Assembly: GCA_965223335.1 (NCBI GenBank)
Contig: OZ244991.1
Coordinates: forward strand, 672,001 to 736,000
Length of the DNA stretch: 64,000 bases
Direction of reading: 5' to 3'
Origin: Thermodesulfobacteriota bacterium
GTDB taxonomy: Bacteria > Desulfobacterota_D > UBA1144 > Nemesobacterales > UBA2774
Numbering within the stretch: position 1 is the stretch's first letter; the number at the start of each line of letters is the position of its first letter. The notes beneath the pieces were generated by a model that was not told where the DNA came from, ran no database searches, and worked only from the letters and a program-made list of their open reading frames with translations. The translations under genes were made by a program, and so were the position numbers. This document shows positions 10,956 to 22,859 of the stretch, piece by piece.

Positions 10956-11756
10956 TTAATCGATTTTCCAATAATGGTTAAGGGGACCGTACCCCTTGCC
11001 GAGCTCAAAAGAACCCGAAATAGCACCTGTTATATAGGACTTAGCCGCTTTCACAGCGTCAGGCAGCCCCGCCCCTTTTGCCAACTCGGCACAGATAGAC
11101 GCCGAGTATGTACAACCAGTACCGTGAGTATTGTTGGTATTGATTCTGTCTCCTCTAAACTCATGAAACCTCTCGCCGTCATAAAATAGATCAACCGCGT
11201 CTTGAGATGAGTCCAAATGCCCGCCTTTTACCACAACACTGCCGGGGCCAAGGTTTATTATAACGTGAGCAGCTTCCCTCATACTATCGATACCGCTAAT
11301 TACCAATCCCGTCAAACGCTCTGCTTCCGGGATATTTGGTGTTACAATTGCGGCCTTGGGTAGGATCTCTGCAATCAGAGTATCCACCGCGTCGTCCTCA
11401 AGCAACGACACCCCGCCCTTTGCAACCATCACAGGATCCACAACCAATTTCTCTATCTTATATTGATCCAATTTTTTTGCAACCGACGATATTATACCGC
11501 GGCTATACAACATCCCTGTCTTTACAGCATCAACCCCTATATCACTCAAAACGGCGTCTATCTCAAGCTCGACAAACTCGGGCGGCAACCCATACACACC
11601 CTCTACCGTCTGGGTGTTTTGAGCCGTAACACAGGTTACCACCGACGCACCGAACACCTTATGAGCAGTAAAGGTTTTGAGATCGGCCTGAATGCCCGCA
11701 CCACCGCCTGAATCCGAACCTGCAATAGTTAGTGCTCTCGGTACAAATTCGCCCAC
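10956..11756 (-). CDS. thiD: Hydroxymethylpyrimidine/phosphomethylpyrimidine kinase
   Basis: TIAGSDSGGGAGIQADLKT, TAQNT, KTGML, DPVM, KGGH, THGTGC. Confidence 0.96.
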   Translation of the reverse strand: MGEFVPRALTIAGSDSGGGAGIQADLKTFTAHKVFGASVVTCVTAQNTQTVEGVYGLPPEFVELEIDAVLSDIGVDAVKTGMLYSRGIISSVAKKLDQYKIEKLVVDPVMVAKGGVSLLEDDAVDTLIAEILPKAAIVTPNIPEAERLTGLVISGIDSMREAAHVIINLGPGSVVVKGGHLDSSQDAVDLFYDGERFHEFRGDRINTNNTHGTGCTYSASICAELAKGAGLPDAVKAAKSYITGAISGSFELGKGYGPLNHYWKID

Positions 11757-11876
11757 CCGCCCTATTCTACTGAGTAATTATTTTGTTTACAAACTTAACC
11801 TGTAGCGTACTAGACTTAACTTAATTTAAATGTAATATATAGGCTTGCATTTACATTGTAATAAGGAGAATTAGTT

Positions 11877-12284
11877 ATGAGTGGAAAAGACGATATCATG
11901 TACCCGGAGCTGTTTGCTACTGATGACAAAGGCAGGGTTAGGCTTGTGGCAGGTTACAGCAAAGAATCGGACAACTGGACATTTCCTAAGTACATGGCGG
12001 ATCCCGAGAGCTTCTCTGACGAGATCGAAGAGAAGATGTTAAGCCCCGAGGGTGAGCTGCATTCATACACAATAGTAAGAAGGAGCATGCCTGAGTTCCC
12101 GGTACCGTACGCATTGGCTCTAGTCGATTTCCCCGAGGGTGTAAGGGTAATGGCCCAGGTAGAGACAGACGACCTAGACGGACTCAAGATAGGGCAAAAA
12201 ATGGGTGTAGTCGTCGGCACGGTGAAAAAGACAAAGGATGGAAAGGATGTAAAATCCTACAAGTTTTATCCTATTAATAATTAG
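11877..12284 (+). CDS. DUF35/ChsH2-like OB-fold protein with degenerate (Cys-free) Zn ribbon
   Basis: G.LHSYTIV...PVPYALALVDF.EG.RV...GLKIGQKM matches the DUF35 OB-fold pattern. RBS AAGGAG. Confidence 0.8.
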   Translation: MSGKDDIMYPELFATDDKGRVRLVAGYSKESDNWTFPKYMADPESFSDEIEEKMLSPEGELHSYTIVRRSMPEFPVPYALALVDFPEGVRVMAQVETDDLDGLKIGQKMGVVVGTVKKTKDGKDVKSYKFYPINN

Positions 12285-12465
12285 CAGATAGAAGCCGTTT
12301 TAACATTCTTTCACAGGTCCCGAGTCCAAAGGAACTAAATTGAGATTAAAGAGGTTGTGTATAGGTAAGTTGTAATATTTAATCTATGCACCGTATTTTT
12401 TAATTATTTACTTTCCTTAGTCTATCCATTATGCTTTCCGTATATTAACTGTACGCGTTTAATAT

Positions 12466-13299
12466 ATGAGCACACAACCTCTCTACAGAAAACCCCTCTT
12501 TATCGCCATAATAGCTTTACTGTCATTTTCTCAAGTCTACATAGCCAGTGGGTCTGAGCAGGATCTGTTGTCCGTAAACGTCACAAACAGCAAGCTCGGG
12601 CTTGTGCTAATAGGTACTATTTCAAACGATGACAACTCTAAAGCCGTGCTTAAAAACCCTGTGACAGGGGAGATCAAAAAATACATACAGGGTGAGCACA
12701 TTGATATTATCAACTCCGCCAACGTTAAACTGGTAGAGGTTTCAAACTGTATAGTGCTCATTGATCGCGGTGGGAGTTATGAAACCCTAGAGTGCGAAAA
12801 CAGGTATACAACCGCTGTGTTCCAGCCCCAGGCACTCGCACGATACAGGATTGTTCACCCCGGGCTCAATATGTCGTCGGAAGAGTTCACCGCGAAATAC
12901 GACAGCGTTATAAAATCGGCAAGCAGAAAACACGGTGTCGACCCTTACTTGGTAAAAGCTGTGATAAAAGCAGAATCCAATTTTAACCCCGACGCCGTCT
13001 CACCCAAAAACGCGCAAGGTATGATGCAGCTTATCCCCGACACCGCAGACGATTACGGGCTAAATAACCCCTTTGACCCCACCGAGAATATAGAGGCCGG
13101 GGTCCACCACTTAAAAGACCTTATCAAGTACTTCGACGGCGACATCAAACTCTCGCTCGCAGCTTATAACGCCGGCAAAGGGGCTGTGGTAAAGCACGGA
13201 TTTACCATCCCACCCTACCCCGAGACCACCAACTACATCTCCAAAGTGCTTAGATATTACAAGGTGTTAAAATCTGATAAATACCTATCCAAGAACTGA
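12466..13299 (+). CDS. Lytic transglycosylase (SLT domain) with N-terminal TM and GspC-like domain
   Basis: AVIKAESNFNP.AVS.K.A.GMMQL.P.TA, ENI..G, LAAYNAG, PPY.ET..Y. N-terminal hydrophobic anchor. Confidence 0.9.
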   Translation: MSTQPLYRKPLFIAIIALLSFSQVYIASGSEQDLLSVNVTNSKLGLVLIGTISNDDNSKAVLKNPVTGEIKKYIQGEHIDIINSANVKLVEVSNCIVLIDRGGSYETLECENRYTTAVFQPQALARYRIVHPGLNMSSEEFTAKYDSVIKSASRKHGVDPYLVKAVIKAESNFNPDAVSPKNAQGMMQLIPDTADDYGLNNPFDPTENIEAGVHHLKDLIKYFDGDIKLSLAAYNAGKGAVVKHGFTIPPYPETTNYISKVLRYYKVLKSDKYLSKN

Positions 13300-13347
13300 T
13301 CGTCCTTATGCCATTGCAAGAAGATAAAACTTCTATACAGTCTAAGA

Positions 13348-13376
13348 TTGACAAGACCTTACAATTCAAATAAACT
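13348..13376 (+). promoter_or_regulatory. Sigma70-type promoter for the tRNA-Ile2/zinc-ribbon/rnhA/rnpB region
   Basis: TTGACA (13348-13353), 17-nt spacer, TAAACT (13371-13376), ending 23 nt upstream of the tRNA. Confidence 0.75.
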
Positions 13377-13399
13377 AGTAAATTTACTGAATGAATCTT

Positions 13400-13473
13400 G
13401 GGCCCATAGCTCAGTTGGTTAGAGCGGCGGACTCATAATCCGTTGGTCCCTGGTTCGAGTCCGGGTGGGCCCA
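13400..13473 (+). tRNA. tRNA with CAT anticodon, most likely tRNA-Ile2 (lysidine type); CCA not encoded
   Basis: GGGCCCA/TGGGCCC acceptor stem, D arm TAGCTCAGTTGGTTAGAGC, anticodon loop CTCATAA, T loop TTCGAGT. It lacks the initiator C1:A72 mismatch and GGG/CCC anticodon stem. Confidence 0.93.
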
Positions 13474-13622
13474 CAAAAAGGTGCTAATACTCTAAATGGG
13501 AATAGAGTTTATAAAAGTTAGATACCAAAATCCGATTCATTTCAAAACATGTTTTTCCACTCAAGTTCCATTTCCCAATATCCACGAGCGAGTTACCATA
13601 CACATAGGCCAAGGAGATAGAT

Positions 13623-14351
13623 ATGAGAGACCAAATTGTGGCTCTCGAAGCTCTGCAAAGTATTGATATCGAGCTCCGAGAGCTGGAAGCAAACCTAGAA
13701 GAATATCCCAAAATAATTTCCAACCTAGAACAAGAACTAACACAAGCCAAAGACTCCATAGAAGCACAGAAGTCCCTAATCACAGAACAAAAAACTACAA
13801 AATCACGTTTAGAACTCGAGATCTCGAACAATGAAGAGACCATCAAAAAATCCGAGGAAAAGCTCTTCGAAATCAAAACCCACAAGGAATATGAGGCCCT
13901 GCAAAAAGAGATAGCAGAAACAAAACGCATAACTGCAGGCCTGGAAGATGAACTGTTGCAGAGCATGGAGCAGATAGAAAAATTGGAGACAGAAATTGCA
14001 GAACTAGAAGAGTCACTGCAAGAAAAAGAGTCGAATTACACAGAGGAGATCTCTGATTACAAACAAAAAATCGATGATCTAAGAGCAGTGTATGAGCCCA
14101 AAAAAGAAGAACACGAGAAAATTGTGACTCAGGTAAAGCCAGATATCCTCCCTATATACGAAAAAGTTAGCAAAAGAAACGGCATCGCCCTTGCAGAAGC
14201 CAAAGACGAGGTGTGTACGGGATGCAACATGAACATCCCCCCACAGCTCTTTAACGAAGTACTGACACTCACTAGAATAATACAGTGCCCGAACTGTAAA
14301 AAAATACTGTTTTGCGACCAAGAAAAAGAAAGTGACTCCCCCTCAACCTGA
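13623..14351 (+). CDS. Coiled-coil / C4-type zinc-ribbon protein (DUF164, CT398/HP0958-like)
   Basis: LQSIDIEL, KEYEALQKEI, C-terminal CTGCNM.IPPQ...CPNC.KIL. RBS AAGGAG. Confidence 0.92.
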   Translation: MRDQIVALEALQSIDIELRELEANLEEYPKIISNLEQELTQAKDSIEAQKSLITEQKTTKSRLELEISNNEETIKKSEEKLFEIKTHKEYEALQKEIAETKRITAGLEDELLQSMEQIEKLETEIAELEESLQEKESNYTEEISDYKQKIDDLRAVYEPKKEEHEKIVTQVKPDILPIYEKVSKRNGIALAEAKDEVCTGCNMNIPPQLFNEVLTLTRIIQCPNCKKILFCDQEKESDSPST

Positions 14352-14775
14352 CCTTCCGCTAGATACTAAGGATCGTGATCTGTTGACGGTATATACAGAC
14401 GGGGCATCGCGCGGGAACCCCGGCGAATCCGGTATAGGTGTGGTTATATCCAAAAACAACACCACGGTTAAAACTATAAAGACATATCTCGGCAAAGCCA
14501 CGAACAACCAGGCAGAATACGCTGCTCTCATCGCCGCCCTGGAAGCAGTCTTGGGGCTTGGCAAACATAAAGTAAGGTTGTACACGGATTCCCAGCTTAT
14601 GGCCAATCAGATAAACGGCCTATGGAAAGTTAAACACCCCGACATTAAACCGCTCTACAAAAAAGCTATGACGCTGATTGGGCAACTCCCCGAGTTCCGC
14701 ATCCAGTATATCCCCAGGGAACTCAATACCCAGGCCGACAGGCTTGCTAACCAGGCTATTGATGAATATTCTTAA
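14332..14775 (+). CDS. rnhA: Ribonuclease HI family protein
   Basis: YTDGASRGNPG, TNNQAEY.AL, TDSQL..NQI.G.WKVK, PRELN..ADRLANQA. Start codon uncertain. Confidence 0.93.
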   Translation: MTPPQPDLPLDTKDRDLLTVYTDGASRGNPGESGIGVVISKNNTTVKTIKTYLGKATNNQAEYAALIAALEAVLGLGKHKVRLYTDSQLMANQINGLWKVKHPDIKPLYKKAMTLIGQLPEFRIQYIPRELNTQADRLANQAIDEYS

Positions 14776-14780
14776 GGTAT

Positions 14781-15156
14781 AGAGGCAAGTGGGTCAGACA
14801 GTCGCTCTCTACACATGTAGGGGGAGGAAAGTCCGAACTCCGAGGGCAGAGCGCTGGGTAACACCCAGGTGTCGTGAGGCAACGGAAAGTGCCACAGAAA
14901 ACATACCGCCTAAGGCCTACGGGTCCGGCAAGGGTGAAAAGGTGGTGTAAGAGACCACCGCGCGGGTTGGCAACAGTCCGCGGCACGGTAAACCCCGCTT
15001 GGAGAAAGACAAAATAGGGAAGCATATTCTCCTCAGAGAATATAAAGGGCTGCCCGCCCCACGCTTCCGGGTATGTCGATCGAGGCATGCAGTAATGCAT
15101 GTCCCAGATGAATGGCTGTCCACGACAGAATTCGGCTTACAGACCCACTTGTTTCT
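14781..15156 (+). ncRNA. rnpB: RNase P RNA (bacterial type A)
   Basis: GAGGAAAGTCC near the 5' end, GGAAAGTGCCACAGAAA, AGGGTGAAAAGGTGG, GGTAAACCCC, and ACAGAATTCGGCTTA near the 3' end. P1 helix AGAGGCAAGTGGGTC pairs with GACCCACTTGTTTCT. Confidence 0.96.
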
Positions 15157-16360
15157 ACTCTATAGTGACCCTGACAAACTCTTTTTTGCCTATTTTGATT
15201 TCGTGGGAACCGCTTGTGGATATGGGGGAGTTAATCTCGGTAACCCTCTCGCCGTCGATTGTGACCCCACCCTGCGCAATGAGCCTTTTGGCCTCGCCCC
15301 TGCTCTTTAGGTTTTGGGACGACTCAAATACGAGATCGAGCGTTGTGAGTATATCGTCGCGCGAAAGGCGGACCTCTCTTGCGTCTTCGGGGAATTCCCT
15401 CGAGGAAAATTTGGACTCGAAATCCACACGCGCACTCTGAGCAGCCTCGGCCCCATGCAACCAGGCTGTAAGCTCCGTAGCAAGCTCTTTTTTTGCATCC
15501 ATAGGGTGAGAATCCGATTTTAACGCCGTAATCTCCTCATCCGACCTCTCGCTTAGCAACTCATAGTATCTCCACATCAGCTCATCGGATACAGACATTA
15601 CTTTCCCGAATATATCAACGGGGGTGTCCTCCACTGCGATATAGTTGCCCAGAGATTTCGACATCTTCTGTACGCCGTCAAGCCCCTCTAGGATCGGCAG
15701 CAGTATTGCAACCTGGGGCTCTTGGTGAAAATGCCTTTGTATCTCGCGCCCGAGCAAAATGTTAAACTTTTGGTCCGTACCCCCAAACTCTATATCGGCC
15801 TTCATGCACACAGAATCGTACGCTTGAATGAGTGGATACAAAAACTCCTTTATAGAAATACCGACCCCGCTTGCGTAGCGTTTTTGAAAATCGTCCCGCT
15901 CGAGCATCCTTGCAACGTTTTCCATTGATGCAAGTTTTAATAGCTCCTCGGCACTCATCGGGGCCAGCCAAGAAGAGTTAAACAGTACCTCGGTCCTGTC
16001 CTCTCTAAGAATTTTGAATACCTGCTGCTTATAGGTTTCCGCGTTTTTAACCACCTCTTCATCTGTAAGTGGCGGGCGTGTGGCAGATTTGCCCGAGGGG
16101 TCGCCGATCTTGGCCGTAAAGTCACCTACTAGAAATACAACCGTATGGCCCAACTCCTGGAACTGCCGCAATTTTTTTAGCAGCACACAGTGCCCAAGGT
16201 GTAGGTCGGGTGCAGTGGGGTCAAACCCCGCTTTTATACGCAGTGGTTTATTATCATCTCTAGATTTTTTAAACTTAGCCAGCAGCTCCTCTTCCGAGAT
16301 GATCTCATCAAGGGCTTTTGTAATAATAGCAAGTTGCTCTTTAGGTGGGAGGTAACTCAA
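15155..16360 (-). CDS. tyrS: Tyrosyl-tRNA synthetase
   Basis: [36 protein letters not shown]-terminal S4 domain. Confidence 0.98.
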   Translation of the reverse strand: MSYLPPKEQLAIITKALDEIISEEELLAKFKKSRDDNKPLRIKAGFDPTAPDLHLGHCVLLKKLRQFQELGHTVVFLVGDFTAKIGDPSGKSATRPPLTDEEVVKNAETYKQQVFKILREDRTEVLFNSSWLAPMSAEELLKLASMENVARMLERDDFQKRYASGVGISIKEFLYPLIQAYDSVCMKADIEFGGTDQKFNILLGREIQRHFHQEPQVAILLPILEGLDGVQKMSKSLGNYIAVEDTPVDIFGKVMSVSDELMWRYYELLSERSDEEITALKSDSHPMDAKKELATELTAWLHGAEAAQSARVDFESKFSSREFPEDAREVRLSRDDILTTLDLVFESSQNLKSRGEAKRLIAQGGVTIDGERVTEINSPISTSGSHEIKIGKKEFVRVTIE

Positions 16361-16447
16361 ATCCTGTCATACTCCTTGCATTTGTATGCGGGATAAAATA
16401 GCTGGATCCATCCTCTAACAAGTCGTTAGTTTATTTAGAGCTCGGGC

Positions 16448-17932
16448 TTATGGCAAATTAGAGTATCCCATTAGGTACTTATCGCACTCTCTTGCGGCCT
16501 CTCTGCCCTCGTTAATAGCCCAGACTACAAGGCTTTGACCTCTGCGCGCATCCCCTGCTGCAAACACTCCATCGATGTTTGTAGCATATTTGCCATACTC
16601 GGCTTTCGCATTCGACCGCTCATCACGTTCAATATCGAGGTTCTCGAGCACTAGGTCTTCCGGGCCTAAAAAACCCAATGCCAAAAACACAAGGTCTGCT
16701 TTCCATACCTTCTCCGAACCCGTTACCTCTTTAAATGTCGGTGTACCGTTGTCGCCCCTATGCCACTCTATATTTACTGTGTGAAGTTCTTTAATCCGGC
16801 CCTCGGCATCGCCTACGAATTTTTTGGTGAGCACCTGGTAGCGTCTGGGGTCATCACCAAACACAGCCACCGCCTCTTCCTGCCCATAGCTAAGCGTATA
16901 TACCACAGGCCACTCGGGCCACGGGTTGTCAACTGCCCTCTCGAGCGGTGGTTTTGCTAAAATCTCAAACTGCACAAGACTGTTGCAGCCGTGACGCACC
17001 GATGTCGCCACGCAGTCGGTGCCGGTATCCCCGCCCCCGAGTACTATAACGTCTTTATCTTTAGCCGATATAAAGTTGCCGTCCTTAAGCTCACTGTCCA
17101 ATAAGCTCTTGGTGTTAGCCCTTAGAAATTCCATGGCAAAGTGTATACCACCTAGTTCTCTGCCCTCGATCGGCAGATCACGCGGCTTAGTGGCCCCGGT
17201 GCATATCACCACAGCGTCGTGTCCAGCTACGAGTTTATCCGCAGCATAGTCCTTCCCGATCTCGGTGCCCGTTACAAACTTAACACCCTCTTCGGCCATT
17301 AGATTCACACGGCGCTCCACTATCTTTTTATCCAGGTGCGGGTTGGGTATACCGTACATAAGCAGCCCGCCTATTCTATCGTCCCGTTCGTACACTGTGA
17401 CAGTGTGCCCCGCTTTGTTTAGCTGAGCCGCACAGGATAGTCCGGCGGGACCCGAACCGATTATAGCCACAGTCTTGCCGGTCCTTTGCTTGGGAGGCTC
17501 CGCAACAATCCACCCCTCCTCAAATCCCTTATCTACAATTGCACACTCGACACTTTTAATGGTTACAGGCGGCTCACTTATGCCCAATACGCACGAGCCC
17601 TCGCAAGGCGCAGGACACACGCGGCCCGTAAACTCGGGGAAATTGTTGGTTTTGTGTAGCCGCTCGAGCGCTTCGCGCCATAGTCCCTTGTAGACCAGGT
17701 CGTTCCACTCGGGGATGAGGTTGTTAATAGGACACCCGGCGGTGAGTCCGCCAATAATAGTGCCTGACTGACAGAAAGGTATTCCACAGTCCATACACCT
17801 CGAGCCCTGAACCTTAAGCATTTTCTCGGGCAGGTGCCCATGAAACTCCTTCCAGTCCTTTATCCTTTCAGATGGAGACCGATCGGGCTCAAGTTCCCTA
17901 GTATGCTCCAAAAACCCTGTAGGATCACCCAT
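16448..17932 (-). CDS. gltD: Glutamate synthase small subunit
   Basis: [59 protein letters not shown]. Confidence 0.97.
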   Translation of the reverse strand: MGDPTGFLEHTRELEPDRSPSERIKDWKEFHGHLPEKMLKVQGSRCMDCGIPFCQSGTIIGGLTAGCPINNLIPEWNDLVYKGLWREALERLHKTNNFPEFTGRVCPAPCEGSCVLGISEPPVTIKSVECAIVDKGFEEGWIVAEPPKQRTGKTVAIIGSGPAGLSCAAQLNKAGHTVTVYERDDRIGGLLMYGIPNPHLDKKIVERRVNLMAEEGVKFVTGTEIGKDYAADKLVAGHDAVVICTGATKPRDLPIEGRELGGIHFAMEFLRANTKSLLDSELKDGNFISAKDKDVIVLGGGDTGTDCVATSVRHGCNSLVQFEILAKPPLERAVDNPWPEWPVVYTLSYGQEEAVAVFGDDPRRYQVLTKKFVGDAEGRIKELHTVNIEWHRGDNGTPTFKEVTGSEKVWKADLVFLALGFLGPEDLVLENLDIERDERSNAKAEYGKYATNIDGVFAAGDARRGQSLVVWAINEGREAARECDKYLMGYSNLP

Positions 17933-17998
17933 TAAAATGCCTCCGTTTCATACCGTATGAAGTATTTCGATATCCAATGATACACATATTGGGATAAA

Positions 17999-20900
17999 TC
18001 AGTTGCCGCTCACACGTGCCAGATCGTTCTTGTTCTCTTCAAACGCAGCCATGAGGGCCTCGTCACCGCTAAGGCCGCTATCCTCGACCCGCTTAATAGC
18101 CTCTAACATGCGTTTGTAGTCCTTGGGCATAACCTTAACGATTTTCTTCGTGTACTCGTTCCATTTTCTTAGTATGTTCGTAGCCCTAGAGCTATCAGTA
18201 TACTCAACATGCAGTTTTATCATTTTAAGTACTTCATCGATGTCTTCTTTGTTCATTTTCTCAATATTAACCATATCGAGGTTGCACCTGGTTTCAAAAT
18301 CCCCCTGCTCATCGAGCACATACGCTACGCCTCCAGACATCCCCGCTGCGAAGTTGCGTCCCGTTGGGCCTAATATAACTACCCTGCCCCCGGTCATGTA
18401 CTCGCATCCGTGGTCACCCACACCCTCCACAACCGCACGCACTCCGCTGTTTCTAACACAGAAGCGCTCCCCGGCTATCCCTCGGATATAGGCCTCGCCC
18501 CCTGTCGCACCGTAAAACGCCACATTTCCGACTATGATGTTGTCCTCGGCCCTAAAGGTCGATCCCTTGGGCGGGTATACCACAATCTTGCCCCCCGAAA
18601 GTCCTTTCCCGATATAATCGTTCGAATCACCCTCTAGGATCATAGTCATGCACTCGGGCACAAACGCCCCGAAGCTCTGGCCGGCAGACCCGTTAAAATG
18701 GAGCCGTATGGTATCTTCCTTGAGCCCACGGGGACCGTAAATCTTAGTGATTTCGCTCCCCAGTATGGTTCCGACCGTTCTATTAACGTTCTTTATGGGT
18801 ATAATTGCCTCAACCGGCTCTGCTTTCTCTAATGTAGGTTTACATACTTCGAGCAAGACCCTATTATCAAGTGCCTCCTCCAGACCGTGATCCTGCGATA
18901 TCTGACAGTACGTTCCATAGTTGGCCGGCACATCGGGCTTATGGAGGATATCCGAGAGGTCTACCCCACTTGCCTTCCAATGATCCACAGCAGTCCTCAT
19001 CTCGAGCTTATCGGTCCTACCAATCATCTCGTTTATAGTCCTAAACCCGAGCTTTGCCATTATCTCGCGTGTTTCTTCAGCTACAAAGCGCATAAAGTTA
19101 ACCACATGCCCCGGATCCCCCGTAAATTTCTTACGTAATTCCGGGTTCTGAGTGGCAACCCCTACCGGGCAAGTATCCAGGTGACACACACGCATCATGA
19201 TGCAGCCCATCACTATCAGAGGTGCTGTAGAAAACCCGTACTCCTCAGCCCCAAGCAGTGCTGCCACCACAACGTCACGCCCCGTCTTCATCTGTCCGTC
19301 TGTCTCTAAAACTACTCTGCTCCTCAGGTTGTTTATCAAAAGTGTTTGGTGAGTCTCTGCAAGTCCAAGCTCCCATGGAAGCCCCGCATGCTGAATACTG
19401 CTCTGGGGTGATGCACCCGTACCCCCGTCAAACCCGCTTATGAGTATTACGTCGGCATGGCCCTTGGCCACACCCGCGGCGATTGTTCCTACCCCTACCT
19501 CAGAGACCAGTTTTACGTTGATCTTTGCATTCTGGTTTGCGTTTTTTAAGTCGTGAATAAGCTCCGCCAGGTCCTCAATCGAATATATGTCGTGATGGGG
19601 AGGTGGCGAGATAAGCCCCACTCCGGGTGTGGACAGCCTTACCTTAGCTATCCAGGGATAGACTTTCTTACCCGGTAACTGCCCGCCTTCACCGGGCTTT
19701 GCCCCCTGGGCTATCTTAATCTGAATCTCCTCTGAGTTCACAAGGTACTCACTAGTGACTCCGAACCTGCCCGAAGCTACCTGTTTTATGGCGCTTTTTC
19801 TCGAGTCCCCGTTCTCATCAGGTGTAAACCGGTCGGGGTCTTCTCCTCCCTCCCCGGTGTTGCTCTTACCCCCCACTCGGTTCATTGCAATTGCAAGGCT
19901 CTCGTGCGCTTCTTTACTTATGGCACCGTAAGACATCGCACCTGTCTTAAACCGCCTGGTGATAGATTCTACAGACTCCACCTCTTCGATAGGGATGGGT
20001 GTGGGGTCGTACTTAAGGCCTAGCAGTCCACGGAGAGTGGCAAGCTGTTTGGACTCGTCGTCCGCCATCTGGGAAAACTTCTTAAACTGATCAAAGTCGT
20101 TTCTGCGGCATGCACGTTGCAGGGTGTGAACAGTTTCGGGGTTATACGCGTGGTGCTCCCCACCATGACGCCACTGATAGATACCACCTTCATCGAGGGT
20201 ATCGGTCTCTACATCTCTTGTGGGAAATGCATTTTCATGACGCTTACGAATCTCTTCTGCAACCACCTCTATTCCCGCACCTTTTATTCTGGACGGAGTC
20301 CATGTGAAATATTTATCTATTAATTCTTGGCCAAGCCCTATGGCTTCAAAGATCTGCGACCCATGGTAACTGGCCACCGTGGATATGCCCATCTTGGACA
20401 TAATCTTAATAACACCCTTAACCAAGCTCTTGTTGTAATTGACCACAGCACTCTCATACTCAATGCCCACCAGCATCTCATCCTCTATCATCTTGGCTAG
20501 AGTTTCGTATGCCAAATAAGGATTTATCGCGTTCACTCCATAGCCTATTAGTAGCGCCATATGGTGCACCTCTCTGGGCTCTCCCGACTCGAGCACAAGC
20601 CCCACCTTCATCCTGTTGCCGTTTTTAATCAGGTGATGGTGCAGACCCGAACACGCCAGAAGCGCGGGTATGGGTGCCTTGTCGCTATTAACTCCCCTGT
20701 CGGAGAGCACTATAATATTTGCACCGTCTACGATTGCCTTATCGGTTGCGACAAATAGTTCGTCAAGTGCTGTCTCCAGCCCTTTTCTGCCCTGGGAAAT
20801 ATCGTAGAGTATAGGGAGAGTAGCAGTCTTAAAATGTTTGTTGTCTATGCCTTTTAGCGTATCAAGTTCGTTATCTCTAAGTATAGGGGTGTCGAGATGT

Positions 20901-22603
20901 ATTTTTCTGCAGTTCTCGGGCCTGGGGTCGAGAATGTTTAGCTGTGGGCCGAGTGTAACACACGTTGCGGTCACGATCTCTTCCCTTATAGCATCTATAG
21001 CAGGGTTTGTGACCTGCGCAAAAAGCTGCTTAAAATAATCATACAATAGCTTTGATTTGCTCGAGAGCACTGCCACAGGGGTATCCTTGCCCATAGAACC
21101 AAGCGGCTCCACTGCATTTGTGGCCATGGGGCCGAGAAGAATACGAAGGTCTTCGAATGTATATCCAAATGCCCTCTGCCTTTCAAGTACGGCATCGGGA
21201 TCTAGTGTCTCTTGTGATTCTGAGTTCTTAGAACCCACTAAATCCGACAAACTTACTATGTTGTCTTCGAGCCACTTGCCGTAAGGATGCTCATCGGCAA
21301 GTTTGCTCTTTATCTCTTCGTCCTCTACAATCCTGCCCTCGTCGGTATCTATTAGAAACATCCTGCCCGGTTGTAACCTACCCTTATACAACACATTTTC
21401 GGCAGGGACCTCAAGCACTCCGACCTCAGAACCCATTATAACCAAATCGTCTTTTGTCACGTAATACCTAGATGGCCTAAGCCCGTTGCGGTCGAGCACT
21501 GCACCGACCTTATGACCGTCTGTAAAAGCTATGGATGCAGGCCCGTCCCACGGCTCCATCAAACAGCTATGGTACTCGTAAAACGCCTTGCGTTTTTCGT
21601 CCATGCTCTCGTGGTTTGACCATGGTTCCGGGATCATCATCATCACAGCATGCTCTATAGGACGACCCGTAAGTGTCAGAAACTCTACACAGTTATCAAA
21701 ATTGGCCGAATCACTGCCCTCGGGCGCAATAACGGGGTATATCTTCTTTAGGTCCTCTCCGAACAGATCGGTCTCTAGAATAGCCTCTCTGGCGTGCATC
21801 CAGTTCGTGTTGCCGCGCAGTGTGTTGATCTCGCCGTTATGAATAACGTAACGGTAGGGATGGGAGCGGTCCCAGCTAGGGAATGTATTGGTGCTGAAAC
21901 GAGAGTGTACAAGCCCAATAGCGCTCTCCATGTCTTGGTCCTTAAGGTCCGGGTAGTAATCCTCAAGCTGCCAAGTCGTCAGCATTCCCTTGTAAACAAT
22001 GGTTTTGTACGAGAGGCTCGGTATATAGAAGTAATCGCCGCCTTTTACCCCTGCAAACCTTATCTCATTGGCGGCTCTTTTTCTAATTACCAGCAGTTTA
22101 CGCTCAAATGCCATTCCGTCTGTCATATCCGACGGCCTTTTGATAAACACCTGGCTCATAAACGGCTCGCAGGATTTAGCCGTCTCACCAAGCGATGAAT
22201 TGTCGGTCGGCACATCCCTCCAACCGACTATGGATAAGCCCTCTTGGGCAACTATATCTTCAAATTTAGCAATACAGTTCTCTCGTTCAGTCCTGCTGGG
22301 TGGTAAAAATACCGATCCTATGCCGTAATCGCCCTCTGATGGGAGTGTAAAACCCGAATCTGCCGTTACCTTTTCAAAAAACTTGTGCGGTATTTGAAAC
22401 AGTATGCCCGCACCGTCACCCGTGTTGGGCTCACAACCGCAAGCCCCCCTATGCTCTAAGTTCACAAGCACGCTTAGTGCGTTACGTATAATATCGTAGG
22501 ATTTCTGGCCTTTAATATTTACAACAAACCCTATTCCGCATGAGTCGTGTTCGAAAGCTGGGTCATATAACCCCTGTTTTGGAGGATATCCTATGGGCTT
22601 CAT
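17999..22603 (-). CDS. gltB: Glutamate synthase large subunit
   Basis: [63 protein letters not shown] domain. Confidence 0.99.
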   Translation of the reverse strand: MKPIGYPPKQGLYDPAFEHDSCGIGFVVNIKGQKSYDIIRNALSVLVNLEHRGACGCEPNTGDGAGILFQIPHKFFEKVTADSGFTLPSEGDYGIGSVFLPPSRTERENCIAKFEDIVAQEGLSIVGWRDVPTDNSSLGETAKSCEPFMSQVFIKRPSDMTDGMAFERKLLVIRKRAANEIRFAGVKGGDYFYIPSLSYKTIVYKGMLTTWQLEDYYPDLKDQDMESAIGLVHSRFSTNTFPSWDRSHPYRYVIHNGEINTLRGNTNWMHAREAILETDLFGEDLKKIYPVIAPEGSDSANFDNCVEFLTLTGRPIEHAVMMMIPEPWSNHESMDEKRKAFYEYHSCLMEPWDGPASIAFTDGHKVGAVLDRNGLRPSRYYVTKDDLVIMGSEVGVLEVPAENVLYKGRLQPGRMFLIDTDEGRIVEDEEIKSKLADEHPYGKWLEDNIVSLSDLVGSKNSESQETLDPDAVLERQRAFGYTFEDLRILLGPMATNAVEPLGSMGKDTPVAVLSSKSKLLYDYFKQLFAQVTNPAIDAIREEIVTATCVTLGPQLNILDPRPENCRKIHLDTPILRDNELDTLKGIDNKHFKTATLPILYDISQGRKGLETALDELFVATDKAIVDGANIIVLSDRGVNSDKAPIPALLACSGLHHHLIKNGNRMKVGLVLESGEPREVHHMALLIGYGVNAINPYLAYETLAKMIEDEMLVGIEYESAVVNYNKSLVKGVIKIMSKMGISTVASYHGSQIFEAIGLGQELIDKYFTWTPSRIKGAGIEVVAEEIRKRHENAFPTRDVETDTLDEGGIYQWRHGGEHHAYNPETVHTLQRACRRNDFDQFKKFSQMADDESKQLATLRGLLGLKYDPTPIPIEEVESVESITRRFKTGAMSYGAISKEAHESLAIAMNRVGGKSNTGEGGEDPDRFTPDENGDSRKSAIKQVASGRFGVTSEYLVNSEEIQIKIAQGAKPGEGGQLPGKKVYPWIAKVRLSTPGVGLISPPPHHDIYSIEDLAELIHDLKNANQNAKINVKLVSEVGVGTIAAGVAKGHADVILISGFDGGTGASPQSSIQHAGLPWELGLAETHQTLLINNLRSRVVLETDGQMKTGRDVVVAALLGAEEYGFSTAPLIVMGCIMMRVCHLDTCPVGVATQNPELRKKFTGDPGHVVNFMRFVAEETREIMAKLGFRTINEMIGRTDKLEMRTAVDHWKASGVDLSDILHKPDVPANYGTYCQISQDHGLEEALDNRVLLEVCKPTLEKAEPVEAIIPIKNVNRTVGTILGSEITKIYGPRGLKEDTIRLHFNGSAGQSFGAFVPECMTMILEGDSNDYIGKGLSGGKIVVYPPKGSTFRAEDNIIVGNVAFYGATGGEAYIRGIAGERFCVRNSGVRAVVEGVGDHGCEYMTGGRVVILGPTGRNFAAGMSGGVAYVLDEQGDFETRCNLDMVNIEKMNKEDIDEVLKMIKLHVEYTDSSRATNILRKWNEYTKKIVKVMPKDYKRMLEAIKRVEDSGLSGDEALMAAFEENKNDLARVSGN

Positions 22604-22686
22604 AATAACACCGTCCTACCTGTACCGATTATAAATGAATTTACCTTTGGTAACACAGGATTGACGCATCAAACCACTGCACAACC

Positions 22687-22715
22687 ATTATAACAGTCCA
22701 AGAGAATAGTCACAA
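22687..22715 (-). promoter_or_regulatory. Putative sigma70 promoter of gltBD
   Basis: Minus strand TTGTGA, 17-nt spacer, TATAAT with extended -10 TGn, about 85 nt upstream of the gltB start. Confidence 0.55.
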
Positions 22716-22859
22716 GTTACAATCGGTTACGTCAATATCTATCAACCCCGAACGGCTATTATACCATAAAAACCCAGCTCTATCACCCCGGGCGGCCCAA
22801 ACCGCTGATGAGCTACTCCGTGCACATAGCTTTCACATCAACTGATTGGTTGAAAGGGG

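Noticed and set aside
11757..11876. TPP riboswitch upstream of thiD, or an operator at AATGTAA...TTACATT
   Set aside because: No CTGAGA/ACCTG riboswitch core on the thiD strand, and the short AT-rich inverted repeat could occur by chance.
13400..13622. tRNA as an integration site for an island
   Set aside because: No integrase and no duplicated tRNA 3' end were seen, and the downstream genes are housekeeping.
14756..15310. ORFs 14756..15100, 14917..15123 and 14999..15310
   Set aside because: They are shadows of the rnpB RNA gene and tyrS.
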